Positions 18,523-28,351 are shown, numbered from the stretch's first letter. The stretch: 64,000 bases of DNA from an uncultured Planctomycetia bacterium (GCA_964440235.1 CAYTQI010000003.1:1599-65598), one strand, 5' to 3'. Notes: generated from the sequence alone by a model not told the origin. A program made the numbers and translations.

Positions 18523-19509
18523 TTACCATCCAAAAACCGCCCCGGCGTAAACGGCGGCCTCCTTCCTTGATTTAAGCCCCTTCACGTAAGCCTGGCCATT
18601 TCCTTTCATTATTCCGCGGGAAAGTTTTACATTAGCGCTTAAATCCCTGCCGCTTTCGCTTCTGAGCCGGAATAATACCGTATCCCCGGACGTTAGTTTC
18701 ATGTCCGCGCTGAAAACGATTGCGTGAATTTTTCCGTTTTTATATTTTATTTCAAACGCAAGCTCTTTGCCCCGCCTGACTTTCCAGCTGCCGAAAAGGG
18801 TGACTGTCCGACCAACCGGCGGGGCCTTTCGCGAAAGGCCTATGCCTATTTTGTATTTTATGTAATTTTTTCGGAAAATGCGAGCGCTTGTTTTAAAAGA
18901 AAATTTTGATTTCGTATTTCCGTCAAAAACATATGAAATTCCGGCATCGTCCGTAATGTTCCAGTGCCCTTTAAAAACCAGCGTGTGTATTTTTTTCGAT
19001 TTTCGGATAAGATGGGCTTTTTCATAGCGGTATATGACCTGATGATGCCTGTTTACTTCCCATATGCCGTCAAGGATAAGGATGTCATGCCTTCCGTGTT
19101 CTTTTTTTACCCTGAAGGTAAGGCGGTTATGGCGGTCGGCGCGCCAGGAACCTTTGAGTTTCAGGCAATAAGTCGAGCGGGTGGATTTTTTTGTCTGAGT
19201 GGAAACGGCAAAAAAAAGCGTGTCTTTATCTACGCGTACTATGTCACCTGTAAGCGTCAGTTTGTCGCCGGAGGCCCGCCTTCCCCGTTTGTCAAGCGTC
19301 AATGTTAGACGGCGGCGGCCTGAAAGCGACCACTTTCCCCTTAATTTTACCTGATGCGGGATTTTCGCTCCGCGCGGAAAGGGATCGTTTACGCTGTAGA
19401 TCAGCGTGTTATTTTTGCCTGTTTTGAATTTGCCGCTCAGAACCCTTCTGAAGTTGTGAAGGCGAACCAGTCTGTTATGCGGGTCGATCTCATACTTTGA
19501 CTTATGCAT
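18523..19509 (-). CDS. hypothetical very basic protein with four internal beta-rich repeats, no signal peptide
   Basis: 328 aa, K/R-rich. The repeat module h-x-h-x-G-x-W...L-x-F occurs four times (VKLRGKWSL / LKLKGSWRA / LVFKGHWNI / VTLFGSWKV). No recognisable family. Confidence 0.5.
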   Translation of the reverse strand: MHKSKYEIDPHNRLVRLHNFRRVLSGKFKTGKNNTLIYSVNDPFPRGAKIPHQVKLRGKWSLSGRRRLTLTLDKRGRRASGDKLTLTGDIVRVDKDTLFFAVSTQTKKSTRSTYCLKLKGSWRADRHNRLTFRVKKEHGRHDILILDGIWEVNRHHQVIYRYEKAHLIRKSKKIHTLVFKGHWNITDDAGISYVFDGNTKSKFSFKTSARIFRKNYIKYKIGIGLSRKAPPVGRTVTLFGSWKVRRGKELAFEIKYKNGKIHAIVFSADMKLTSGDTVLFRLRSESGRDLSANVKLSRGIMKGNGQAYVKGLKSRKEAAVYAGAVFGW

Positions 19510-19523
19510 CTATCCCCGCGGAA

Positions 19524-20285
19524 TTATTTTATTTCCAGGTCGTTTTTATAGGTTCTCTGTTTGGCCAGCTCCCAGGAATATTCGTAAAGGTGGAGCCCCT
19601 TGGAGCAGGCCACGATCTCCCCGTTTTCCACCCCTATTTCGTCCGCCATATATTGTTTCACGAGTTCAAGCCCGCCGAGATTTGACGGAAATCCTCCCCA
19701 AAGGTCCCATGAGCGAAAATACAGAAAAAAGTGCAGTTTTCCATATCGCACACGTGTGTCTATTATACGCAGGCACGGCGGGTCCTCGAGCATTATGTCT
19801 GAGGGCATGCCTATTTCCATGACCGCCTGGTTTGTCCCGAACCCCTGTGCCTTGTAGATTTTTATGACTTCCTCAACCTGGTTGCATTGAAGGGGCATTT
19901 CTTTAATCATTTTTTTCCCGTTAATTTTTGTTTCGATTTTCGCCTTCGGGTCCACCAGCCTCTCTCCATAGGTATAATCCTCGGTACTGGTCTTCTGGCT
20001 CGTGAGAAGGTAGGACAGGTACTGTTGTATATAATTCATGTCGGTAGGGGCGGGTATCGCGGAACCTTCCGGCATGAGCGGGATTATCTGATGGGACGGA
20101 TTTTTGACCCGTACGGTAATGAAATCAAATTCAAGCCGCTTTTGTCCCGCGTAACTTCCTCGGTCGATCCTGTAAACAAAACCGTGCTGCAGTATTTCCG
20201 ACAGGCACCTGAACCAGGCGTCATCAAGGTCAATCGCCTCTATATAAACCGGATTCAGGGCTTTTTCGCTTTTACTTTTTTTCAT
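19524..20285 (-). CDS. divergent thymidylate synthase (ThyA-fold) family protein, possibly archaeal/methanogen-type thymidylate synthase or a pyrimidine hydroxymethylase
   Basis: 253 aa. The ThyA catalytic core is conserved in position: PPCLRIIDTRVRYGKLHFFLYFRSWDLWGGFPSNL matches the canonical PCH...QFYV..GKLSCQLYQRSxDxxLGxPFNI (nucleophile Cys, RSxD). The rest is strongly divergent from bacterial ThyA. ATG at 20283-20285 confirmed. Confidence 0.6.
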   Translation of the reverse strand: MKKSKSEKALNPVYIEAIDLDDAWFRCLSEILQHGFVYRIDRGSYAGQKRLEFDFITVRVKNPSHQIIPLMPEGSAIPAPTDMNYIQQYLSYLLTSQKTSTEDYTYGERLVDPKAKIETKINGKKMIKEMPLQCNQVEEVIKIYKAQGFGTNQAVMEIGMPSDIMLEDPPCLRIIDTRVRYGKLHFFLYFRSWDLWGGFPSNLGGLELVKQYMADEIGVENGEIVACSKGLHLYEYSWELAKQRTYKNDLEIK

Positions 20286-20313
20286 TTATATTCGTCACCC
20301 TTTTTTCCGCGCC

Positions 20314-20679
20314 TCATGCAAAGTAAATAATCAATAAGCCGAAAATAATAGGAATAAAGCTCGCCAGGCGCAGCGTTTTAAGCGGCTTGCCCCGCCATTT
20401 TTTAACCATATTTTTACATTTTTCGATACCGAGAATAAAAATAACGATGCCCCCGGTTAATGGAAAAATACCCAGCGCCACTATAACCCATATCACCCTG
20501 CACTGTGAGGCGGCCATGAGCAGTATAAGGCCGACAATGATCCTCGCAGCGCCTATTCCATAGATTCTCTTGCGCTTCAGGGCGTAAGAAAAAACACCTT
20601 TCATTGTTTCCGGATTCATGAGAAAGATAAGCCCCGCGCCCACAGAAATAACACCTATAAGCCTGGTCAGTAAAAACAT
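20314..20679 (-). CDS. membrane protein, four predicted TM helices, unknown function
   Basis: 121 aa hydrophobic ORF. Sits in an operon between the Maf gene and the ThyA-like gene. Confidence 0.5.
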   Translation of the reverse strand: MFLLTRLIGVISVGAGLIFLMNPETMKGVFSYALKRKRIYGIGAARIIVGLILLMAASQCRVIWVIVALGIFPLTGGIVIFILGIEKCKNMVKKWRGKPLKTLRLASFIPIIFGLLIIYFA

Positions 20680-20682
20680 GCT

Positions 20683-21339
20683 TCACTCCTCCTTTCGCGG
20701 CCCCGGCAACTTATTAACAGTATACCTGCGGAAAGAATAATTTGCAAGCGGAACGATTATTTCGCAGAGATCCGCGCCTAATTTTCCGAAAAGGCCGTAA
20801 AGCTTCGTAAGCGGCAGGCCCAATATATTATAGAACGAACCCTCTATGTTATCGAATATAAACGCGCCGGGGCCTTCTATGGAAAAACCGCCCGCTTTAT
20901 CGTGAGAAAGCGCAATTTTTACGAATTTATCTATTTTTTTACGTGAAAGTTTTTTAACATGAATTTTGGATACGTCTACCGCGCTTACTGATTTTTTTTT
21001 GGCGGCGTCTATCACGCATATTCCGGTATAAACAAGAATCGTTTTCGCCGAAAATGCTTTAAGAAAGCGCCTTGTCTCTTTTTTTGTTTTGGGTTTTCCG
21101 ATAAGGCGCCTGCCCATTAAGACGACGGTGTCGGCGCCGATTACAAAACCCTCCTTTCGCCCTTTCGCTATTTTCCCGGCCTTGGCGCGGGCATTATAGA
21201 GAACGCTGAACCCGGCGCCTCTTTTATGGTCCATTTTTTCCGGCACGCGGCTTATAGCGACTCTATGGGGTATGCCGCACTCCTTAAGTATTTTTGAGCG
21301 CCGTTTCGAAGCGGACGCCAGTATTATTTTAACCTTCAT
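20683..21339 (-). CDS. maf: Maf-like nucleoside triphosphate pyrophosphatase
   Basis: From the ATG at 21339: MKVKIILASASKRRSKILKECGIP...GKP, the Maf family N-terminal signature; conserved acidic/Lys catalytic residues are present. Confidence 0.8.
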   Translation of the reverse strand: MKVKIILASASKRRSKILKECGIPHRVAISRVPEKMDHKRGAGFSVLYNARAKAGKIAKGRKEGFVIGADTVVLMGRRLIGKPKTKKETRRFLKAFSAKTILVYTGICVIDAAKKKSVSAVDVSKIHVKKLSRKKIDKFVKIALSHDKAGGFSIEGPGAFIFDNIEGSFYNILGLPLTKLYGLFGKLGADLCEIIVPLANYSFRRYTVNKLPGPRKEE

Positions 21340-22571
21340 ACGTTGTCTCCGCAAACCCACCCCGTGGAAAATGCGGCCTGCATATTATAACCGCCGGTGG
21401 CGGCATCCACGTCAATCACCTCGCCGGCGAAAAAAAGGCCTTTCACAATCCTTGACTCCATGGTCATTGGATTTATTTCCCTTGTGCTGACGCCCCCCCT
21501 TGTAATAATACCGTTTTTGACCGGCATTACGCCGGAGGCGGTTATTCTAAAGTCAAATAATCCGTTTATAAGTTTTTTTCTTTCCGCTAACGTAACCCCG
21601 CACGCGGGTTTTTTGCCGTCAACACCGCAATATATAAAAAACTTTTCCGTTATACGCCCGGGAAGAAGATTTTTAAATACATTTTTTACGCTTTTTCGCG
21701 GGGACGCCTTAAATTCACGTAAAATCCTCGCGTTCAGTTTTTTATAGTCCAGGGCGGGTTTAAAATTGATAGAGATCGCCGCGCCGGGTTTTTCTTTCAA
21801 CTCGTCATACACGGACGCGCTCATGTCAAGTATAACCGGGCCCGACAAGCCAAAGTGAGTGAACAGCATTTCGCCGAATCTTTCTCCTATTTTTTTGCCG
21901 CCGGAAAAAAGCGAAATCCTAACGTTTTTAAGCGATACGCCCGCCCACTCTTTTGTAAATTTTTCCCTGGTGAGGACGCCGGAGAGCGCCGGTCTCAACG
22001 GAATAATTTTGTGTTTCAGTTTTTCGGCAAGCGCATACCCGTCTCCCGTGGAACCCGTCCCGGGATAGGAAAGCCCTCCCGTGGCAATAACCGCGCTTGT
22101 TGACGGAAAATATTTTCCCGAATACGTTAGAACACCTTCTATTTTTTTGTTTTTCGCGATGATTTCGCGCGCGCGCGTCCCGCGCCGGATTTCAACATTC
22201 ATCTTTTTAAGTTTTAATTTCAGGGCGCCGAGAATATCCCCTGCCGCGCCGCTCGCCGGAAATACGCGGCCGCCCCGCTCTGTTTTGAGCCTGACCCCGG
22301 CGGTTTCGAAAAAAGATATGAGCTCGATGTTGAAAAACTTCGCGAAAGCGTTCCTTAAAAATTTACCAGAAGGCGAAAATTTCCCTATAAAGTCCCCGAT
22401 ATCGCGGGAATTCGTAAGGTTGCACCGGCCTTTTCCGGAAATTAAAAGTTTTCTGCCAAGACAATCATTACGTTCAAAAAGAAGAATTTTCTTTTTTCTT
22501 TCCGCGGCGCGTATAGCGGCCATCATTCCGGCCGGGCCCGCTCCGATTATGATCGTGTCAGATTTTCTCAT
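21336..22571 (-). CDS. HI0933/BaiN-family FAD-dependent flavoprotein (NAD(P)/FAD oxidoreductase)
   Basis: From the ATG at 22571: MRKSDTIIIGAGPAGMMAAIRAAE Rossmann GxGxxG, HI0933-like central and C-terminal motifs (GKGRCNLTN, GEVIDVDAATGGYNMQ). The 64-codon N-terminal extension in the ORF track overlaps the divergent promoter and is probably not translated. Confidence 0.8.
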   Translation of the reverse strand: MRKSDTIIIGAGPAGMMAAIRAAERKKKILLFERNDCLGRKLLISGKGRCNLTNSRDIGDFIGKFSPSGKFLRNAFAKFFNIELISFFETAGVRLKTERGGRVFPASGAAGDILGALKLKLKKMNVEIRRGTRAREIIAKNKKIEGVLTYSGKYFPSTSAVIATGGLSYPGTGSTGDGYALAEKLKHKIIPLRPALSGVLTREKFTKEWAGVSLKNVRISLFSGGKKIGERFGEMLFTHFGLSGPVILDMSASVYDELKEKPGAAISINFKPALDYKKLNARILREFKASPRKSVKNVFKNLLPGRITEKFFIYCGVDGKKPACGVTLAERKKLINGLFDFRITASGVMPVKNGIITRGGVSTREINPMTMESRIVKGLFFAGEVIDVDAATGGYNMQAAFSTGWVCGDNV

Positions 22572-22716
22572 GGAGAAACATATAATACCAGAAACCCTCT
22601 TTTCTATCAACGAAATTAATAGTATAATAACCCGAGCGGGCGGAGGGGCGTGGTTTCGGACAAGGGTTGAGGGCCGCTTCCTGTAATAGCGCGCCTCTTC
22701 CGCGGTAACCCATACA

Positions 22717-23727
22717 TTGATGATGATATACGCGATAAAACCAAAAATATACCTCGCTCCCATGTCGGGAATAACGGACCTCTCGTTCCGGCTTGTTAGC
22801 CGCTCTTTCGGCGCCGCTCATTGTTTTTTTGAAATGCTTGACGCGAGAGCCCTGATCTATGAGCACCCGAAAAACAGGCGCCTGTTAAAAACCATTAAAA
22901 AAGATTCACCTCTGTCCGCGCAGCTTCTCGGGCGGGATCCTTCCGTGATGCTTGATGCCGCCGAAAAGCTGCTGAGTTTCGCCGACATATCCTTTCTGGA
23001 TATAAACAGCGCCTGCCCGGCGAAAAAAGTACTAAAAAAAGGCGCCGGCGCCGCTCTTTTGCGGAATCCGCCGGAACTGGGTAAAATCATTAAAAAATTG
23101 GCTTCCGGGCTCCGGGTACCGGTCACGGTTAAAATACGAAGCGGTTTTCACAAAAGAGATGCGGCCGAATGTATCAGGACCGCAAAATTGTGCCGGGACA
23201 ACGGCGCCTCGTGTATTTTTATACACGGCAGGACAATGTCGCAGGGGTACAGCGGCGATATCGATTATGAGATAATAAAAAAAGTGAAGGGCGCGCTGAA
23301 AATACCTGTCTTCGGAAGCGGTAATATATTCACTCCTTTCATGGCCAAAAAAATGCTGGATGAAACCGGCTGCGACGGGATACTGGTGGCGAGGGGGGCG
23401 CTCGGTAATCCATGGATATTCGGGAATATTGAAAAATACCTGAAAAGCGGGGCCGCCCCCGAAATTCCGGGCCTGGCCGTGAGGAAAAAGGTCCTTAAAA
23501 CACACCTCGCCTGCGTAGAAAAATATAAAGACATAGCGGCATCCAACAAGACGGGCTTTATGGGCAAGATAGCGATGTGGTATCTTAAAGGCATTCCGGA
23601 AGCCGCGAAAATCCGCAACCTCATCTCGAAAGCCGGCTCTTATCGTGATTTAATACGCCTTATCAATCGTATTCCGGCTAAAGCGGGCGGGCCTTCTAAA
23701 GCGTTTCCGCGAACCAATCGAGAATAA
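22717..23727 (+). CDS. dus: tRNA-dihydrouridine synthase (DusB-like, TIM barrel)
   Basis: LAPMSGITDLSFR, catalytic Cys in INSACPAKKV, and the FMN-binding KIRSG...HGRT motifs. One of only three plus-strand genes. Confidence 0.85.
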   Translation: MMMIYAIKPKIYLAPMSGITDLSFRLVSRSFGAAHCFFEMLDARALIYEHPKNRRLLKTIKKDSPLSAQLLGRDPSVMLDAAEKLLSFADISFLDINSACPAKKVLKKGAGAALLRNPPELGKIIKKLASGLRVPVTVKIRSGFHKRDAAECIRTAKLCRDNGASCIFIHGRTMSQGYSGDIDYEIIKKVKGALKIPVFGSGNIFTPFMAKKMLDETGCDGILVARGALGNPWIFGNIEKYLKSGAAPEIPGLAVRKKVLKTHLACVEKYKDIAASNKTGFMGKIAMWYLKGIPEAAKIRNLISKAGSYRDLIRLINRIPAKAGGPSKAFPRTNRE

Positions 23728-24532
23728 GTTTCTCGATCCTATCCGGATTGAACTGAATTATTCTTTCGGCGTGAAGCCCCCCTTTTACTATTTCTATCTT
23801 TTTGCGGACCCGTGCCGCCTCATAGAGCTTTCTGGAATGGCTGTCTTTGACAAGCCAATCCCTGTCGCCGTGTATGAAAAGTATCGGGGTGTCTTTTATA
23901 AGGCCTATCATGTCTATCGGCTTTTTTTTCGGCTCGAATATACTGCCGCACCTCGCGCCCTTGCCTTCCCACCCGCACTCTATATTATCTTTTAAATCCG
24001 AAAACATCCCGGGTTCCCAAAAATGAAAATTTACCATTTTAAAGCTTGACGGCGCGCTTATAAGCACCATACTGCCGACATCGCCCCTCTCCGAGGCGAC
24101 GTTAATGGCGGAAGCGGCCCCGAGAGAAAAAGCGACCAATCCCACGCCATCATACCCCTCGGCCCTGGCGTAATCGATAACGACATTCAGGTCATGGTGC
24201 TCTCTGGCTGACCAGGTAAACTTTCCGCCGCTTTCGCCGTGGCCCCTCGGATCGAAAATTATAACGTCATACCCGGAAGATATAAAATCCGCCGTTTTAC
24301 GCATCCACCTGTTTTTCTTGCTGTTGTAAAAACCCGGGCATATTATTACCACTTTTTTAAATCCGTTTTTGTACCGCTCGTACGCTATCGAAACGCCGTC
24401 TTCTGTCATAAGCGCGCCCTTCAGGCATTCCGCGAGCGGCCGCGAATTAACGGCTCCGGCGCAAAAACAAACTATCGCGTAAAAAAACAGGATAAAATAT
24501 AGATACTTCCTCACGTACGCTCTTTTATCCAT
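23696..24532 (-). CDS. alpha/beta hydrolase with N-terminal membrane anchor/signal
   Basis: Nucleophile-elbow region VAFSLGAASA, acid/His region LFIHGDRD...GGLH; N-terminal hydrophobic segment. Confidence 0.7.
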   Translation of the reverse strand: MDKRAYVRKYLYFILFFYAIVCFCAGAVNSRPLAECLKGALMTEDGVSIAYERYKNGFKKVVIICPGFYNSKKNRWMRKTADFISSGYDVIIFDPRGHGESGGKFTWSAREHHDLNVVIDYARAEGYDGVGLVAFSLGAASAINVASERGDVGSMVLISAPSSFKMVNFHFWEPGMFSDLKDNIECGWEGKGARCGSIFEPKKKPIDMIGLIKDTPILFIHGDRDWLVKDSHSRKLYEAARVRKKIEIVKGGLHAERIIQFNPDRIEKLILDWFAETL

Positions 24533-25323
24533 TTAAAAACATCCTCAAAAACCTTCCCTCGCCCCAGCTCGACGTTCAGGGCGTGATACATGCCGGGATA
24601 CTCTATGAGCGTTTTATCTTTTATTTTCATTCCATTAAATACTTTTCTGCAGGATCCGGAAGAGACCAGCGCGTCCTCGCCCGCCAGAAGAAAAAGCACG
24701 GGGGATTTGATCCTGTTTTTTAAAATCACCCCCTGTAATCCCGCCAGAAATATTGACACGAGAAGATTTGACGTCGCGAACCTTATCTCAAGTTCGTCGG
24801 AATCCATGGATTTTTGATAATCAGTGTCCCTCGTGCACATTTCCGCGGAAAAAGGCAACTTGAAATTTTTCTTTCCGTTGTAAAAAAATGACGCGAAAAT
24901 ATCCGCGTACTCAAAAATTTTAAATTTAAGTTTTGGCTTAAAAGCCGGAGCCACGCAAATAACGCCGCTGAAAAGATTCGGATACAGCGCCGAGGCGGTA
25001 AAAACGATCACGCCTCCCATGCTTTGTCCGGTAAGAAAAATCTTTATATCACCGTTTTCCCTTATTATTATCTCGCGCAGCGCCTTTATATCATCATAAT
25101 AGGCGCTGAAAGAATCTACATAACCTTTAGTTCCCGCGGTTCTGCCGAATCCCCTTAATTCTATGGCGTATGACGATATATTTCTTTTAAGAAAAAAATC
25201 CCCCATGAATTTCCAGGAATCACCGTACGTGCCAAGGCCGTGCACCAGCAAAAACGCCGCCCTGGGCGAGGCGGCGGCCCATTTCCTGTAAATAACGCCT
25301 GTTTTTTTGTCTTTTTTTATCAT
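24511..25323 (-). CDS. alpha/beta hydrolase, lysophospholipase/monoacylglycerol-lipase-like (paralog A)
   Basis: LLVHGLGTYGDSW oxyanion region, GQSMGG nucleophile elbow, C-terminal YPGMYH His region. Confidence 0.7.
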   Translation of the reverse strand: MIKKDKKTGVIYRKWAAASPRAAFLLVHGLGTYGDSWKFMGDFFLKRNISSYAIELRGFGRTAGTKGYVDSFSAYYDDIKALREIIIRENGDIKIFLTGQSMGGVIVFTASALYPNLFSGVICVAPAFKPKLKFKIFEYADIFASFFYNGKKNFKLPFSAEMCTRDTDYQKSMDSDELEIRFATSNLLVSIFLAGLQGVILKNRIKSPVLFLLAGEDALVSSGSCRKVFNGMKIKDKTLIEYPGMYHALNVELGRGKVFEDVFKWIKERT

Positions 25324-25397
25324 TGTGCCTTATTTTAATATACTTGTAAAAGCGGATTTTTGCAAGCGGGAAAGAGATTTTAGAGGCAGGAAATCAG

Positions 25398-27110
25398 TCA
25401 GGCGCTTACCATTTCACTAACGGCTTTTCTTTTTATTTTCCTGGTCACCGTTTTCGGCAGTTCCTCAAGCCGCACCTGAAAACCCGTTATCCTTTTATAT
25501 TCGGCCAAATTCCTGCCCAGGCGCGTGAGTTCCGATGATATCTTCTTTCTGATGTTCTCCATGTCAGGGGTTTCGCCTTCGCCGAATATCTCAAGATTTG
25601 GCACGATAACGGCGTAAATTTCCTCATGCCCTTTCCGGATGCCGCGGGAGGCGATCCTGCCGAGAACCGCTATTTCTTTTATGTAAGGGCTCTTCTCCAT
25701 TACGCCTTCTACTTCTTCCGGAAAAACTTTTTTGCCGGTGCCCATGGCGATCAGGTTCCTGGTCCGGCCGGATATATGCAGGAAATTGTCGTTGTCAAAA
25801 TAACCTATGTCACCGGTGTGAAGCCATCCGCCTCTTATTATTTCGGCGGTCTTTTCCGGATTATTATAATAGCCCTTCATCACATGCGGGCCGCGCGTTA
25901 TGATCTCGCCTTCCCGGGAAAATTTTTTCTTTTTAAGGATTTTTACCTCAACCCCCGGCAACGGCTTTCCCACAGAAGCGATTTTGTTATCATTAAAAGT
26001 ATTTACCGATATAACCGGCGCGGTTTCGGTGAGGCCGTAACCCTGCAGCACCCTGAACCCCAACGCGTTCAGATCTTTCTCCACGCCGGTGTCAAGCGGC
26101 GCCCCGCCGCTTATAAATCCGCGAAAATGCCCTCCGAATTCATCGTGAATCGCGGCGAAAAGCCTCTTTCCTATCCTTATGTTAAATTTAAGCAGGCCCC
26201 TGGAAAGCGCGAGGCTTGCCCTGAATACCTTTTGCCTGGAATGTGGGAATTTGGCGATTTTTTTCATGATACCGCCGTGTATCAATTTGAGCACAAGGGG
26301 CACGCAAATCATCGCCGTGGTTTTTGTTTCCTTCATAAGCCGCAAAAGCGCGCCCGATTTAAGGCTGCCGGAATAGGTAATACACGAACCGCTATACAGG
26401 GGAACCATAAGTCCGCCTGTAATCTCAAGCATATGGTTTAACGGCAAAACTGAAAGGAGATTATCGCTGGGGCAGGAATGGATTATCTCGCTGAAAGCCA
26501 GCACCTGAAATAAAAGGTTCCTGTAGCTTATCTCGACACCTTTGGCGACGCCGGTTGTGCCGGATGTATAAACAATCAATGAAGTGTCTTCGGGGTACAC
26601 GGGGCGCCCCCTTTGTTTTCCCCTGTGACGGCTCATGTTTTTAAGGAGTATCGCTCCGGCCGTAGCGGACCCGTCCAAAAGAATGATATGTTCGAGCCCG
26701 GGAAGGACTGTTTTTAAATTATTTATGACCGGAAGATATTTTTCGCTGACAAACACGCATTTTACCCGGCTGTCATTCATTATGAATTGTATTTCCTTTT
26801 CGCTTAACTTGGCGTCAATCGGGACCACTATGCCGGCGCAGGATATTATGCCAAAATACGCAAGCGCCCATTCAGGCCTGTTCTCGGAGAGGATAGCTAT
26901 TTTATCACTTTTTTTTACGCCAAGCTCCATGAGCGCGGAAGAAATCGTCACCACCCGGCGCCCCAGCTTTACATATGAAATATCTTTTAAGCGCCCGTCT
27001 TTCGCTTTTATCCTGAGAGCCGGTTTTTGGCCATATTTTTTATTTATCGCCTCAAGTATATCTCTAATGGTGATATTACGTAAAACCGTTTTTACCATTG
27101 AGTTTATCAT
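25398..27110 (-). CDS. long-chain fatty-acid--CoA ligase (AMP-dependent synthetase/ligase)
   Basis: AMP-binding motif VYTSGTTGVAKGVEISYRNL, central GYGLTE, C-terminal PKTVTRKIKR. Confidence 0.85.
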   Translation of the reverse strand: MINSMVKTVLRNITIRDILEAINKKYGQKPALRIKAKDGRLKDISYVKLGRRVVTISSALMELGVKKSDKIAILSENRPEWALAYFGIISCAGIVVPIDAKLSEKEIQFIMNDSRVKCVFVSEKYLPVINNLKTVLPGLEHIILLDGSATAGAILLKNMSRHRGKQRGRPVYPEDTSLIVYTSGTTGVAKGVEISYRNLLFQVLAFSEIIHSCPSDNLLSVLPLNHMLEITGGLMVPLYSGSCITYSGSLKSGALLRLMKETKTTAMICVPLVLKLIHGGIMKKIAKFPHSRQKVFRASLALSRGLLKFNIRIGKRLFAAIHDEFGGHFRGFISGGAPLDTGVEKDLNALGFRVLQGYGLTETAPVISVNTFNDNKIASVGKPLPGVEVKILKKKKFSREGEIITRGPHVMKGYYNNPEKTAEIIRGGWLHTGDIGYFDNDNFLHISGRTRNLIAMGTGKKVFPEEVEGVMEKSPYIKEIAVLGRIASRGIRKGHEEIYAVIVPNLEIFGEGETPDMENIRKKISSELTRLGRNLAEYKRITGFQVRLEELPKTVTRKIKRKAVSEMVSA

Positions 27111-27111
27111 T

Positions 27112-27927
27112 TTATACCCTTTTCTTAATCCATTTTGCTACGTCAGCAAAAACTTTTTCCCTGCCGAGTTCCGCGGTGAGGGTATGGCGCATACCCGGGT
27201 ACCTGATCAATTTCTTGTCTTTTGTTTTCAGGCCCTTGAAGATTTTACGGCTCGCGCGGCCGCATACAAAAGTGTCTTTTCCGCCAAGAAGAAAAAGCGT
27301 TCGCATTTTCACCTTTCGTTTCAGGATTTTTGAGTACATCTGGCCGATCAATATGTTTAAAAGAAGCCCCGGGGTGGCAAACCTGTGCTCAAGGGGATCC
27401 GAATCCATTTGTTTTCGGCAGGCCTCGTCCCGCGTACACATCTCGGAATTGAAAGGCATGTAAAATTGTTTTTTCGGATTATAAAGCCAGGCCAGCGTCA
27501 TTTTTACATAATCCATGATAGAAAATTTCAATAGGCTTCCGAAACCGGGCGATATGCATATGAGCCCGCTGAAAAGGTCCGGCTTTTTTATCGCAGCTAT
27601 GAAAGCGATGAGCCCTCCCATGCTTTCGCCGGCCACAAAAACCTTCTTTCCCCTGTGTTCTCTTTTTATAATATGATGCAGGCGCCGGACATCTTTTACA
27701 TAAGTGTCAAGCGAATCTATATGCCCTTTTACCCTGCCCGCCACATCCTCGCCAAAACCCTTCAGTTCCAACGCATAACAAGCGATATTCTCGCGAATCA
27801 AATAATCTGAAAAATATTCCCAGTTATTACTGTGGCCGCCGAGGCCGTGGACCAGGAGGATAATGGCTTTCGGCGAGGAGCATCCCCATTGTCTGTAAAA
27901 TATGTTTCTTTTACCGCATTTTCTCAT
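27112..27927 (-). CDS. alpha/beta hydrolase, lysophospholipase/monoacylglycerol-lipase-like (paralog B of 24511-25323)
   Basis: Collinear with paralog A (LLVHGLGGHSNNW, GESMGG, YPGMRH). The two flank the acyl-CoA ligase. Confidence 0.7.
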   Translation of the reverse strand: MRKCGKRNIFYRQWGCSSPKAIILLVHGLGGHSNNWEYFSDYLIRENIACYALELKGFGEDVAGRVKGHIDSLDTYVKDVRRLHHIIKREHRGKKVFVAGESMGGLIAFIAAIKKPDLFSGLICISPGFGSLLKFSIMDYVKMTLAWLYNPKKQFYMPFNSEMCTRDEACRKQMDSDPLEHRFATPGLLLNILIGQMYSKILKRKVKMRTLFLLGGKDTFVCGRASRKIFKGLKTKDKKLIRYPGMRHTLTAELGREKVFADVAKWIKKRV

Positions 27928-28080
27928 CAGTATAACAAGAATACCATATGGAATTAGTTAAGTCAATAAAAATCCAGCTTCCTTTTTCATCACTAACTCT
28001 TTAAGAAACCATGCCTCGCATTTTCGTTTCTTCCCTTTTTCCTCAATAAAATAGCGAATACAAAGGCCTGAACCCTTATT

Positions 28081-28344
28081 CTACGCGCCTATTAACTGAC
28101 GCAATTCCTGTATCCGGCCCAAACATAAACCGTATAAATCCATTGATATTTTTATAAGCCATATGTTTACGGCAACAACCAGTAATGTTATGCCGATTTT
28201 GAGTTTTTTACTAAAAGCCGGGCTTATCCATAAAAGCGGCAACGCTAACGCCCCCACGCAAAGAATTGCCGTAAACACGGCAACCGGCCTGTGGTACCAC
28301 TTGACCTGCCTGATTACCGTGTTTCCTGAATCCATTTTTAACAT
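28081..28344 (-). CDS. small membrane protein (87 aa, two TM helices)
   Basis: ATG at 28344 preceded by GGGAG SD. The ORF-track version (to 28572) runs through the zinc-ribbon gene in another frame and is therefore over-extended. Confidence 0.45.
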   Translation of the reverse strand: MLKMDSGNTVIRQVKWYHRPVAVFTAILCVGALALPLLWISPAFSKKLKIGITLLVVAVNIWLIKISMDLYGLCLGRIQELRQLIGA

Positions 28345-28351
28345 ATTTCTC

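Noticed and set aside
20414-20686. 90-aa minus-strand ORF overlapping the membrane-protein gene in another frame
   Set aside because: It is fully nested in the better-supported hydrophobic ORF 20314-20679; it is rich in Cys, His and Arg with no motif.
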